From the IMG/VR virus record IMGVR_UViG_3300042452_000440: a stretch of DNA of 64,000 bases; one strand, written 5' to 3'. This document shows, piece after piece, positions 9,275 to 18,227 of this stretch (the stretch's first letter is position 1; each line of letters starts with the position of its first letter). The notes under the pieces were generated by a model. It did no database searches. It saw only the letters and a program-made list of their open reading frames with translations, and was not told the origin of the DNA. A program made the translations under genes and the position numbers. The DNA comes from an uncultured virus (IMG/VR IMGVR_UViG_3300042452_000440) (taxonomy: Duplodnaviria > Heunggongvirae > Uroviricota > Caudoviricetes).

Positions 9275-12200
9275 TTATTTGTTGAGTTTGTCTTCTAGAT
9301 CTGAAACTTTCTGAGAAAGTTCTTTGATTGCTTCAACTAGAAGGGGAACTATCTTATGATAATCAACTGCAAGATAACCATTTTCTCTTGTAGTTACTGC
9401 TTCTGGAAGAACTTCAAGAATCTCCTGAGCGATTACACCAACATCATTACCTTCTTTACCAGATTCTGAATTCCACGCATAAGTATTACCACTAATTGAA
9501 AGAACCTTAGTAAGAGGATCATCAATTGGAGTGATATTATCTTTCAGTCTTTGGTCAGAAGTATAGAATGCTGTAATATCACCAGTTACACGCAGATCTC
9601 CTGAAATTGTTGTAGTTCCATTGACACTCAGAGTTCCAGTAATGGATACATTATCATCAAGTGTTGTAGTTCCACCCGCAGAATCTATTGTTAGATTTCC
9701 AGTGGAAGTGTCAATTTCATTGTCGCCAGCAATTCCTATCCTAATGTTGTCAATTTCCGCACCACCATTTGCATCAATTGTTCCAGTGAAGGTTGATGAA
9801 CCTGTTACTGAGAGATTTCCTCCCGCAGATAAATTACCTCCAACTGTCGCATAACTTGCAATTGCAGCGTATCCACCAATATTTGTGTTTCCTCCAATAC
9901 CAACACCACCAGAGACAACTAAGGAACCAGTTGAAGTTGACGTAGATGCTGTTGTGGAACTGAACTTGACATCACCACAAACATTCAATCTCTTGGAGAT
10001 ACCAACACCACCAGCAACAATTAAAGCACCAGTTGTGCAACTTGTAGATTCTGAATCATTCTTTATTTCAACGTGTCCAGAGACTCTTAAATTGTCATTG
10101 AGAATCAGTTGCTGATTCATTCTCACATCACCGTTAAAGGTGACTGGACCATCAAATTGAGAAAGAATTTGACCAGAGTTACCACCTTCTACAAGAATTC
10201 TCTCTTTAATGATTACTTCATCAAATACAACACTCAGCCTATTTGGATCTTCACCCGTAATTGTTGGTGTCGGAACATCAAATGTTGTTTGCTCACCAGA
10301 TTGTGCCGAGTATTTGGTGTTTCCAATATAGAAATCACCGTCACTATTCATACCAGTATAGAGAACTGAACCACAAGATGTTTCCTGTGATTGTGCGAGG
10401 AAGTTCTCTTTTTCATTTAGAGTTTTGACTTGAACCTGTGGAAGACCTGTTGAATAGTTTCCAGGACCGTATCCAAGATATTCAAATGTATGTCCAGAAG
10501 CACGAACGATTGAAGGTCTGCGGAATTCAATTGGAGTTAATCTAATCTTTTTGATTAAAGATCCACTACTATGAGATTCAATGATAGTTCCCATCGAACC
10601 ACGAATGACTTGAAGTTCATTTGAACCAGCACCAGTAAGAGTAGTACTCTTAACTCGCATAATTTCATTGTCAATCTGAATGTAAGATCCTAGTGGGAAT
10701 CTTGATGCTGTTCCAATACCAGCACCTGGAAGATCTACAATGAATTCTTCATCACTGGTAATATTCTCACCAAGAATTAAAACTTCATTATCATAGATTC
10801 CAAGAGATCTTACACCAAGATTCTCACCAAGATTGTCTGCACTTGCGCTGTTTGCAGACATGCCATGCTTCAACGACCATCTGGCGGTTGATAATGAACG
10901 GGGTACTTTTACAGTAAATTCATTAACATTATTGACATTATTGACAACATAATCACCTAGATTATTATTGCTACTATCTAATATTCTAAGTGCATTACCA
11001 GCAAGTAATCCGTGAGGAGAACTGAGTGATTGATAAGTGGCAATAGTAGTAGTGCTATCATAAGCAGTTTGTAAAATTGTAACTGCTGGCCCAATATTGA
11101 GTGCATACTGATTGGCAACAATCAGAGGATCTCCAGATGTTTTTGCAATTGAAATCGCACTCTTATTGGATGTATCGGTAATTCTAAAATATCCACCAGC
11201 AGTTGTTCCAATACCAGTGACTTGTACATAATTATCAACTGCTGTTGCAATACCAACACTATTAATTACAACATTTGCTTGTGGAGTTCCACCAATTACA
11301 CTACTGTCAAAGTATAGTTGCTCACCATTAGTATATCCAGATCCTGCTTCAACAAGTGTTGCGGCAGTAACAGAGCCACCACTTACAGTAACATTTGCAG
11401 TCGCACCGTCCCATACCGCTGATGAAGGTGCAGCATTGTTATTGAACAATCTTACATTATAATATGTTCCATTTGTGTGTCCAGACCCACCATTTAATGT
11501 TGTATATGCTTTAAGACCAGCTAATTGATGCTCACCATCAAAAGTAAGTGTTGCGGAAGTCGCATTACTAGAAACGGTAGTAATTTTTCTACCATGAGAG
11601 AATGTATCAATAAATTTATCAAGAGTTTCTCTTGTTATACTTCTCTTTAAATCATTTGTGGAAACATCACCTTTTGGATGCCTTTTTGCAAATGTTTTTG
11701 TTGCTGCTGGATTATCATTATAATTATCTCTATCTTGTTGTGGATAAAGATCCGATACTCTTTGTGAATATTTGAAATCGGTAAATTCTACTGGAACAGC
11801 ATTTCCAGAATTAAGAACATATAGGTAATAAACACCATCTTGAACATTGTAAATGTATGGTGTAACAACTTCTGCTCTGTAAACATAGAAGTTATCATTA
11901 ACATCAGATCTAGTAAATCTAGGAAGATCTTTTGTTCTATTATTAGTATTACTTGTAAACGTTCCTGGATTATGAGTTACTCCAAATATATCGGTAGAAC
12001 TATATGAGAAAGTTTTATCATCAGTAATTGCAGAAACTGTAAATGTTCCATTATATCCAAGATTTTTTGTTCCAGTGGCATTAGTTGTGCTCTGGGCGTT
12101 TGTAACAACAATTTTATCACCAACTTTTAAGTCGTGTGTAGAATCTGCTCTGACCGTAACAGTGGCAGTTCCAGAACTAAACGTACAAGTTGTGAGGAAT

Positions 12201-14749
12201 CTTGGATTACGATCATACTCATAATCCGATCTAGATAGTGTTGTTAAAGAAAAGTCCGAGTTTTCTCTAACAGTTGTTGAACTTGAATCTTGTATAATAA
12301 ATCCTTCACTTGGATCCCTACCATTTGAGAGTTCCTTAGGAATTACATAACGAAGTTTATAGATTTTTTCATCTAAACTTCTATCGTCTTCCTTTCTTAG
12401 GACATAAGAAATATCTGTTTCGGGTGTTGTAAGAGTATTAATATATTGATATAATTCACTATTTGCGACAGTATGTACAAACCATTGATTTTGATTTGGA
12501 TCCCACTGAATTGGATGACCCAATTCTCCTGCTTCTTTATCAGATACTCTACTTTCAATCCTAAGTTGCGATCCACCATAACTTGTGATTGTTAGGGGTG
12601 TTTGAGAAGATGCATTTGTTCTCGATGATGCAATTTGAATCTCTGTTGAAGAAAGTGTAGTTTTCTTCTCCGATGTGATTGCATAATATAAAACGTTTTC
12701 CTCCACACCTTCTGGAAGATCACCAGTTTCACTGAAAAGGCGAATCGATTCACCATTTCTTAATGTGTGACCTGCTGGAATATTATAAACTGTTCCTCTA
12801 CTATCATTGGATAATGTGGTGCTATAAACTTTTGCAGAACTATCAGATCCTGAAACTGTTGTAGCAGGAGGGACAATAGGTCCATTTGTCATTAAGATAT
12901 GCGCTCTGTATCCAGAGACATATACCGCATCACTTATTCTAGCACCAATTCTATATCCCTGAGAAATGATTGGAGGCGCAATGTCTTGTTTAGTGTACCC
13001 TAACAAGTATAGTTGATTATTAATACCAACTGCTTTTGTTTTGGTTACATCAAATTGTACCCATTCAATTTGAGATTCATCTTTAACAATTGCTCTTGGA
13101 GCAACGATTGATGTGATATAACCTTTGTTGTCTTTGGAAAATGCTTCTGCTTTAAATCCATCAGCAAGAAGTGATACCTGTCCAAAGTTAGAGTTGGAGT
13201 TTGTGATGGAAGCATCACCACCACTACGAGTATCGAAGTGGAATGTATAACCAATCGCAAAGACCGAAACGACTTGGATAAATGCATCGTTTGACATCTT
13301 AATGTGACTGACTTCCCATCCTTTTCTATAAATGGCGTCAGGATCAAGGTGATAAACAAATGCTTGGTTTGTGGATGCAGATTCTGATGAAAGAGCTTCT
13401 CCCGCTACTTTTGTGATAGAAATACTATCATATGTTCTGTTTGATGGGTTATATTTTACAAAAGCACGGTCGTCTTTTTGTAGAGAAACGCCAGTGAATT
13501 GTGCAACAACCATTGAGCGGAAACCTGATGCCTTTGCACCATCAGCGTGCATTCCACCCATACCCCATACAGAGCGTAGGGAGCAGTTAAAGATATATGG
13601 AGATGCACCAGAAACTGTATCAGTTTCAATGATGACCGCTGCTGTTGCACCAGGAGCAAGTCCTGCTGCTGGACCTGCTGGTAAGTTCGCTCTTACATTT
13701 GATAATGCATAAGTAAATACTGTGGTGCTAATGACCGAAGCAACTTTTGTTGAAATATTATAGTCATTGACATTGATTCCACGAATTTTAATTGGAGTTC
13801 CACCAGTTAATCCGTGTGGTGTTTGTGTCGTAACAGTGACAACAGTTCCTGGTGTAGCACCGTCACCCGAAATAATCGAAGAAATAGTGATTGGATCCGC
13901 AGCAAACGCTCCAACAATTTCCCATTCTGGTCTTTGCTTAGCGAATGAATTTGGTTCTGCTGGATACTTCTGATCAATTTCTCTTCCAGATGCTCTGTTA
14001 AAAGCATTTCCGACCTTGCTGTAATACATATCAAGGTCTGTAATATCATAACCACTGGGTAAATTTACACCATCGGCATATTCAAAGCAAGTCAGTTTGT
14101 GGTGAGAAAATGTAGGTCTTGACTGATTGTTTAGAGAAAAATCAGAAGGATCTGTATAAACAAGACCTAATTCATTTGCATCAAAGAATGAAAATTGCCA
14201 GAAGTAGCAAGCACCAGTAATTCTAAAAATCGCACTATTTGGAACGTTAGGGTCTGTTGGGTTTGGAACATACTTCGGACGAACTTTACTCTTTCTTAGA
14301 TCAAGACCAACAATTGAAGTTCCTCTTGGGACAATAACACCACCATTGATACTATTGAATTTGTAGAGAATATTATCTGGTTGTGTAAGGTCAAAATTAG
14401 AATTAAGTGTCAGAGTTAATTCTGCACCAGCAAATGACTCCGCACCCGTTGGAGAAACTGCTGTTGCTACACCACCATTATCTTTAATAGCATAACCAGG
14501 TCTGTTGTCAACTAAGTGTTCGCCAGGAAACACCAGAATGGTGGTTTTTTCAGTGATATCATTATCATTGCCTCTTAGATATGAGAATCTAGCAGACTCA
14601 ATTAATGCTCTCTGAATCGTTTTAAATGGTTTTGTTAATGAATTACCCTGATTCTCAACACCATCAGTAGCATCAAGATCATTTGGGTTAACATAAAGAA
14701 TACGCCCTTCTGTATTCTTGATAAAATTCTCTAGCTTATTAAGAGGCAT
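9275..14749 (-). CDS. Long tail fibre/virion structural protein with C-terminal intramolecular chaperone (peptidase S74)
   Basis: 1824 aa; N-terminal YVNP...GNSLTKPFKTIQRA; TGALIVAGGVGI repeats; C-terminal SDQRLKDNI...GVIAQE...VDY..IVPLLVEAIKEL. Confidence 0.88.
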   Translation of the reverse strand: MPLNKLENFIKNTEGRILYVNPNDLDATDGVENQGNSLTKPFKTIQRALIESARFSYLRGNDNDITEKTTILVFPGEHLVDNRPGYAIKDNGGVATAVSPTGAESFAGAELTLTLNSNFDLTQPDNILYKFNSINGGVIVPRGTSIVGLDLRKSKVRPKYVPNPTDPNVPNSAIFRITGACYFWQFSFFDANELGLVYTDPSDFSLNNQSRPTFSHHKLTCFEYADGVNLPSGYDITDLDMYYSKVGNAFNRASGREIDQKYPAEPNSFAKQRPEWEIVGAFAADPITISSIISGDGATPGTVVTVTTQTPHGLTGGTPIKIRGINVNDYNISTKVASVISTTVFTYALSNVRANLPAGPAAGLAPGATAAVIIETDTVSGASPYIFNCSLRSVWGMGGMHADGAKASGFRSMVVAQFTGVSLQKDDRAFVKYNPSNRTYDSISITKVAGEALSSESASTNQAFVYHLDPDAIYRKGWEVSHIKMSNDAFIQVVSVFAIGYTFHFDTRSGGDASITNSNSNFGQVSLLADGFKAEAFSKDNKGYITSIVAPRAIVKDESQIEWVQFDVTKTKAVGINNQLYLLGYTKQDIAPPIISQGYRIGARISDAVYVSGYRAHILMTNGPIVPPATTVSGSDSSAKVYSTTLSNDSRGTVYNIPAGHTLRNGESIRLFSETGDLPEGVEENVLYYAITSEKKTTLSSTEIQIASSRTNASSQTPLTITSYGGSQLRIESRVSDKEAGELGHPIQWDPNQNQWFVHTVANSELYQYINTLTTPETDISYVLRKEDDRSLDEKIYKLRYVIPKELSNGRDPSEGFIIQDSSSTTVRENSDFSLTTLSRSDYEYDRNPRFLTTCTFSSGTATVTVRADSTHDLKVGDKIVVTNAQSTTNATGTKNLGYNGTFTVSAITDDKTFSYSSTDIFGVTHNPGTFTSNTNNRTKDLPRFTRSDVNDNFYVYRAEVVTPYIYNVQDGVYYLYVLNSGNAVPVEFTDFKYSQRVSDLYPQQDRDNYNDNPAATKTFAKRHPKGDVSTNDLKRSITRETLDKFIDTFSHGRKITTVSSNATSATLTFDGEHQLAGLKAYTTLNGGSGHTNGTYYNVRLFNNNAAPSSAVWDGATANVTVSGGSVTAATLVEAGSGYTNGEQLYFDSSVIGGTPQANVVINSVGIATAVDNYVQVTGIGTTAGGYFRITDTSNKSAISIAKTSGDPLIVANQYALNIGPAVTILQTAYDSTTTIATYQSLSSPHGLLAGNALRILDSSNNNLGDYVVNNVNNVNEFTVKVPRSLSTARWSLKHGMSANSASADNLGENLGVRSLGIYDNEVLILGENITSDEEFIVDLPGAGIGTASRFPLGSYIQIDNEIMRVKSTTLTGAGSNELQVIRGSMGTIIESHSSGSLIKKIRLTPIEFRRPSIVRASGHTFEYLGYGPGNYSTGLPQVQVKTLNEKENFLAQSQETSCGSVLYTGMNSDGDFYIGNTKYSAQSGEQTTFDVPTPTITGEDPNRLSVVFDEVIIKERILVEGGNSGQILSQFDGPVTFNGDVRMNQQLILNDNLRVSGHVEIKNDSESTSCTTGALIVAGGVGISKRLNVCGDVKFSSTTASTSTSTGSLVVSGGVGIGGNTNIGGYAAIASYATVGGNLSAGGNLSVTGSSTFTGTIDANGGAEIDNIRIGIAGDNEIDTSTGNLTIDSAGGTTTLDDNVSITGTLSVNGTTTISGDLRVTGDITAFYTSDQRLKDNITPIDDPLTKVLSISGNTYAWNSESGKEGNDVGVIAQEILEVLPEAVTTRENGYLAVDYHKIVPLLVEAIKELSQKVSDLEDKLNK

Positions 14750-14787
14750 CGGATTATATTCGCCAAGATATTTCTATGTTTTATTTA

Positions 14788-15090
14788 TCAACCCATTAAA
14801 TCTTCCTCATCATATTCAATAACATCGTCAGGCATATCTTCAGGATTCTCTAACTCAACTGGAAAGAAGCAAGGATGCACTTCTTCGTCTATCAGATAAA
14901 AAGAGTTTCTGTATAGATCTTCTGGTTCAAACGTCCTTTCTTTATCTGCTGCCCTACAAAGATCTTGATCGTATAAGTGTCCGTCTGGAAGTTCGTCAAA
15001 CGTAAAAGGAATGTGATTGATAAAATACATCTTCACAATCATACTGCCATTATTGTACCAGCAGTATGCGTGATCGATACGATAAGACAT
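14788..15090 (-). CDS. Hypothetical acidic protein
   Basis: 100-aa ORF preceded by a TAAATA late-promoter motif. Confidence 0.75.
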   Translation of the reverse strand: MSYRIDHAYCWYNNGSMIVKMYFINHIPFTFDELPDGHLYDQDLCRAADKERTFEPEDLYRNSFYLIDEEVHPCFFPVELENPEDMPDDVIEYDEEDLMG

Positions 15091-15118
15091 AGGGTTTTCC
15101 CATATCTTATATTTATTT

Positions 15119-15673
15119 TTACTTACATACCCGCCCCTTTCTGTAACCTTCTGGAATAGGGTCGTTTTTGTTTATCTTATACGTTCCTTCTTTTGTTCCA
15201 TTTGTAATCCACATAGACCCATATTGAGAGTTATTACTTCCTTGTTGATGACCTATTTGCTTATAAGTTTCTTTTTTCTTTTTTAAACCTTCTCCACTAT
15301 TTCCCAATACACTTGCAGTTTTTTGAAGTTCTAAAAGACGTGGTATTTGTTTTTCTCTATATTCTTCTCTTTTCCAGTGTTCTTTTTTCATATTAGACCA
15401 TTCTTCTTTTAACTTTTTATCTTTCATTTTATTTTTCATCACTTGACCTGTTTTTTTAGCACCAAGTTTTATTGCCTCATATTGTGCTTCACTCAAAGTC
15501 ATTTGACCACTTAAAGTTTTCCAAGCAATCTTATCTTCTTCTTTACCCCACAACTTCCAGTTACAATAGTGAAACATAGCGTGTCTCTCAACAGTAACTT
15601 CTATTAAGTTTTCTTCATTATTATTCCCACCCATATGTCTAGGAATAATATGATGTCTATGTTTAATGCTCAT
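15119..15673 (-). CDS. Free-standing HNH homing endonuclease
   Basis: HRHHIIPRHMGG.N..ENLIEVTVERHAMFH HNH motif; C-terminal GSNNSQYGSMWITNG...IPEGYRKGR NUMOD-like tail; adjacent to tRNA genes. Confidence 0.85.
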   Translation of the reverse strand: MSIKHRHHIIPRHMGGNNNEENLIEVTVERHAMFHYCNWKLWGKEEDKIAWKTLSGQMTLSEAQYEAIKLGAKKTGQVMKNKMKDKKLKEEWSNMKKEHWKREEYREKQIPRLLELQKTASVLGNSGEGLKKKKETYKQIGHQQGSNNSQYGSMWITNGTKEGTYKINKNDPIPEGYRKGRVCK

Positions 15674-15676
15674 AAT

Positions 15677-15712
15677 AGTTCGTTCCCTACAACTATTTAT
15701 AAGGAACGAACT
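15677..15712 (-). promoter_or_regulatory. RBS-occluding hairpin with embedded T4-type late promoter
   Basis: Minus strand AGTTCGTTCCTTA-TAAATAGTTG-TAGGGAACGAACT: 13-bp stem, TATAAATA at the stem/loop junction, ends 3 nt before the HNH ATG. Confidence 0.75.
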
Positions 15713-15717
15713 TTTAA

Positions 15718-15790
15718 TAGGCGTGGTCGGATTCGAACCGACACTGGATCGATTTTAAGTCGATTTTCTCTGCCGTTGGAATACACGCCC
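15718..15790 (-). tRNA. tRNA-Leu(TAA), short variable loop
   Basis: Acceptor GGGCGTG/CACGCCT, anticodon arm ATCGA-CTTAAAA-TCGAT, T arm GTCGG-TTCGAAT-CCGAC; no encoded CCA. Confidence 0.9.
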
Positions 15791-15822
15791 ATATATAAGA
15801 CCATTATAGCATAATGGTCAAG

Positions 15823-15895
15823 TGCCCGTTGTCGGTTACGATCCGACCTTCTATCTGTTATGAGCAGATCGCCTTCACCAGAGGGCCAAACGGGC
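15823..15895 (-). tRNA. tRNA with CAT anticodon (Met or Ile2)
   Basis: Acceptor GCCCGTT/AACGGGC, anticodon arm ATCTG-CTCATAA-CAGAT, T stem GTCGG/CCGAC with atypical loop ATCGTAA. Confidence 0.85.
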
Positions 15896-15899
15896 AAGT

Positions 15900-15989
15900 G
15901 GGAGAGATCCATACAATGAAACAGAAGGTCGCAATACAAGTCATAGGTCTGTTTCGCACCGACTTGCAGCTGGGGTTTTTCACTCTCCC
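15900..15989 (-). ncRNA. Candidate structured ncRNA (closing stem plus H-type pseudoknot)
   Basis: GGGAGAG/CTCTCCC closing stem; crossing helices TGCAAGTC/GACTTGTA and GAAACAGA/TCTGTTTC; lies between tRNA genes. Confidence 0.5.
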
Positions 15990-16051
15990 TTTTTCAAGTA
16001 GGTTTACTGTTGCTTACCCTCTAAAACCCACTACAAAATGGATAAGCATTC

Positions 16052-16074
16052 GCTATTCGCAAACAGCGAATAGC
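16052..16074. repeat. Perfect 9-bp inverted repeat directly 3' of tRNA(TAT)
   Basis: gctattcgc-aaaca-gcgaatagc. Confidence 0.7.
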
Positions 16075-16076
16075 AA

Positions 16077-16164
16077 TACGAGTGCCTGGATTCGAACCAG
16101 GTCAAAGCCGCTAATCTGGCGGAAAGAGTTTATAAGACTCCTCTGACTACCAAGTCTCACTCGC
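16077..16164 (-). tRNA. Atypical tRNA with TAT anticodon (nominally Ile) and long variable arm
   Basis: Acceptor GCGAGTG/CACTCGT, D arm GACT-TGGT-AGTC, loop CTTATAA, variable stem CCGC/GCGG, T arm CCTGG-TTCGAAT-CCAGG. Confidence 0.8.
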
Positions 16165-16172
16165 TTCTGCGT

Positions 16173-16346
16173 TTATGGTGCCTCGTTATTACACTCAGTG
16201 TATATTCGTATGAGGTCATCATCCGCAGGAATCATAACTGCTGCTCTACCATTCTCGTCCATTATTCCTATGTTCTCTCCGTTTTCTACTCTCTCAATCA
16301 GTTCATCAAACCTTTCTTGAAACTCTTCCACCGTGAAAACTTCCAT
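16173..16346 (-). CDS. 57-aa protein resembling the Phd/YefM antitoxin N-terminal fold (not in ORF track)
   Basis: Manual translation MEVFTVEEFQERFDELIERVENGENIGIMDENGRAAVMIPADDDLIRIYTECNNEAP*; TAAATA upstream. Confidence 0.65.
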   Translation of the reverse strand: MEVFTVEEFQERFDELIERVENGENIGIMDENGRAAVMIPADDDLIRIYTECNNEAP

Positions 16347-16377
16347 TCAGTTCTTTTTCGATATTTATATTATAGCA

Positions 16378-16578
16378 TCACTCGCCATAAATCGCAAGAT
16401 CAGCATACTCAATCTGCTCAGGATCCAGTTGAGCAGTGACAACTTCCAATACATTCATAAACTCTTGAACAGTCTCACACTCAACCATACGCTCACTGCC
16501 CTGATCGCTGAGAAGAAGAAAACTGCGGGTGCATACATCAATCACAATGCCCTGAACGGTTTCTTGTGCGGTGCTCAT
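16378..16578 (-). CDS. Hypothetical protein
   Basis: 66-aa ORF directly downstream of a consensus sigma70 promoter. Confidence 0.75.
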   Translation of the reverse strand: MSTAQETVQGIVIDVCTRSFLLLSDQGSERMVECETVQEFMNVLEVVTAQLDPEQIEYADLAIYGE

Positions 16579-16603
16579 TTGGTGTTCCGTTGATTACCTG
16601 AGT

Positions 16604-16632
16604 ATTATAGGGTAGGTGGGGGCGGGTGTCAA
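16604..16632 (-). promoter_or_regulatory. Sigma70-type early promoter
   Basis: TTGACA-17 nt-TATAAT, perfect consensus. Confidence 0.85.
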
Positions 16633-17555
16633 GCGGATTCGATCACGATCCTGGCATTTCCATTGACCGATCCGCCAGGCCCTCTGTTGGGATCGTTCAC
16701 GCCACCCTCAATAGTATTAGCAAATATACGGGTGACTCCACCAGTTACATAAGAAGGATTTATATATCCAGATCCTCCTCCACCACCAGAAGCGGCACGG
16801 GTTCCAGATCCATAGTCATCTCCTCCGCCGCCTCCGCCGCCACCATAGTATCCACCACCACCTCCTCCGCCACCTGACCAGTTTGGATAAGATCCAGAAC
16901 CTTGTCCACCAGTACCACCCTGTAATGCGGACCCAGGAGTTGCAGATGTTCCAGAACCTGCTCCTGCTCCTCCACCGCCACCTTGCGTACCACCAGAACC
17001 TCCTGTGGATCCAGTTACGCTGTCTGGTGAGTTTCCACCATTATTGCCCGAAGGTGCTCCACCGTGCCCTCCCGCAGCACTACCAGACCCACCAACAGGA
17101 GGAGCACCACCTCCACCTCCACCTGCCATCATAATTGCTGATGGTTGACTTACTGATGGTCCATAAAACATTCCAGCATATCCACCTCCACGTTCACCTC
17201 TGTTTAAACCAGATCCAGATCCAGGTCTAGATGGTCCTCCACCAGTGTTTAATGCAATTGTGTAAGTTTGTCCAGAAGTGAAGGAAACAGATCCTGTTGA
17301 ATAACCACCTGTTCCACCATATCCTTCACCTTGTCCACCTTGCCCCCACATTTTAACAGTGGTACTAAAAGTTCTTTGAGCAACTAATGTATAAGATGTT
17401 TGTGTTCCACCATCTAAAATTAAAGCACCATTTGAAGATAGACTCCACTCACTAAGTCCACTTACAGATGGTGTCACTGTAAAATCTATTGATGAAGCAC
17501 TAGTAAATCCAAATGCTTTTGCACTTAAAGATGATAAAGTTCCAAGAATAGGCAT
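16629..17555 (-). CDS. Gly-rich tip/adhesin protein
   Basis: Likely start MPILGTLSS; VKMWGQGG...GGYSTG...AGGGGGG...GGGGGYYGGGGG...GGGGSGY pattern. Confidence 0.75.
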   Translation of the reverse strand: MPILGTLSSLSAKAFGFTSASSIDFTVTPSVSGLSEWSLSSNGALILDGGTQTSYTLVAQRTFSTTVKMWGQGGQGEGYGGTGGYSTGSVSFTSGQTYTIALNTGGGPSRPGSGSGLNRGERGGGYAGMFYGPSVSQPSAIMMAGGGGGGAPPVGGSGSAAGGHGGAPSGNNGGNSPDSVTGSTGGSGGTQGGGGGAGAGSGTSATPGSALQGGTGGQGSGSYPNWSGGGGGGGGYYGGGGGGGGDDYGSGTRAASGGGGGSGYINPSYVTGGVTRIFANTIEGGVNDPNRGPGGSVNGNARIVIESA

Positions 17556-17559
17556 AATA

Positions 17560-18216
17560 TTAAGAGAACTTTGTTTGAGATGCAAGAACCGTAAAGGTTG
17601 CGTCAGCAGTTTTTACAATTGTATATGTGTAGATATTAATAGAACTTGCAAATCCTGAAGTAGGTGCAGTTCCACCTTGCCATTTTGGAGATATTGTTGT
17701 TCCATCAACTTTAAAGGTGCTTGCATACTTTGCACTTGAACCTTGTGTACTTAAAATAGTTACAGTTACACTTTTCCCAATTGGAAGAATTGTGTTCAAA
17801 CTTGTAGAAGAATTCCCTCTAACATTAAAAGTCCAATTATCTGTTGCATTGGCAGTGTAATAAAATAGTGTTCCAGAAAGAATATCAAGATCAATCGTTC
17901 CTGTTAATGCTGTGGAAGATAGATTTACATTTTCAAAGAGTTGTTGGACAATACCAGTTCTCTCTAATGTAACTGTATTTGCGATTCCAATATTACTTTG
18001 AGAAAAAGTAACTATACCAACACTATTTGTTGTTACAGTAATAGTTTCGTCACTTTGAACTGTGACATTTGAATTATTTTTAATAATTCTATCAATACTT
18101 ACACTCGCAGTTTCTAATCCATAAACCTTTCCAAAAAAATGAGCATCATCATTGAAAAAAACAGTTTTTCCAAAAGTTTGTAAGTCTGATAATTCCTCTT
18201 TATCTTCGAATGGCAT
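17560..18216 (-). CDS. Short fibre/adaptor protein downstream of the gp5-like genes
   Basis: C-terminal domain ...KWQGGTAPT...NIYTYTIVKTA...VLASQTKF; lies between the spike genes and a Gly-rich gene. Confidence 0.65.
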   Translation of the reverse strand: MPFEDKEELSDLQTFGKTVFFNDDAHFFGKVYGLETASVSIDRIIKNNSNVTVQSDETITVTTNSVGIVTFSQSNIGIANTVTLERTGIVQQLFENVNLSSTALTGTIDLDILSGTLFYYTANATDNWTFNVRGNSSTSLNTILPIGKSVTVTILSTQGSSAKYASTFKVDGTTISPKWQGGTAPTSGFASSINIYTYTIVKTADATFTVLASQTKFS

Positions 18217-18227
18217 AATTTATCTCC

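Noticed and set aside
15119..15673. Group I intron hosting either HNH gene
   Set aside because: Flanking genes and tRNA-Leu are uninterrupted and there is no room for an intron core; both HNH genes appear free-standing
15697..16146. ORFs 15697-15939 (-) and 15814-16146 (+)
   Set aside because: They overlap tRNA genes and structured RNA; not credible coding sequences
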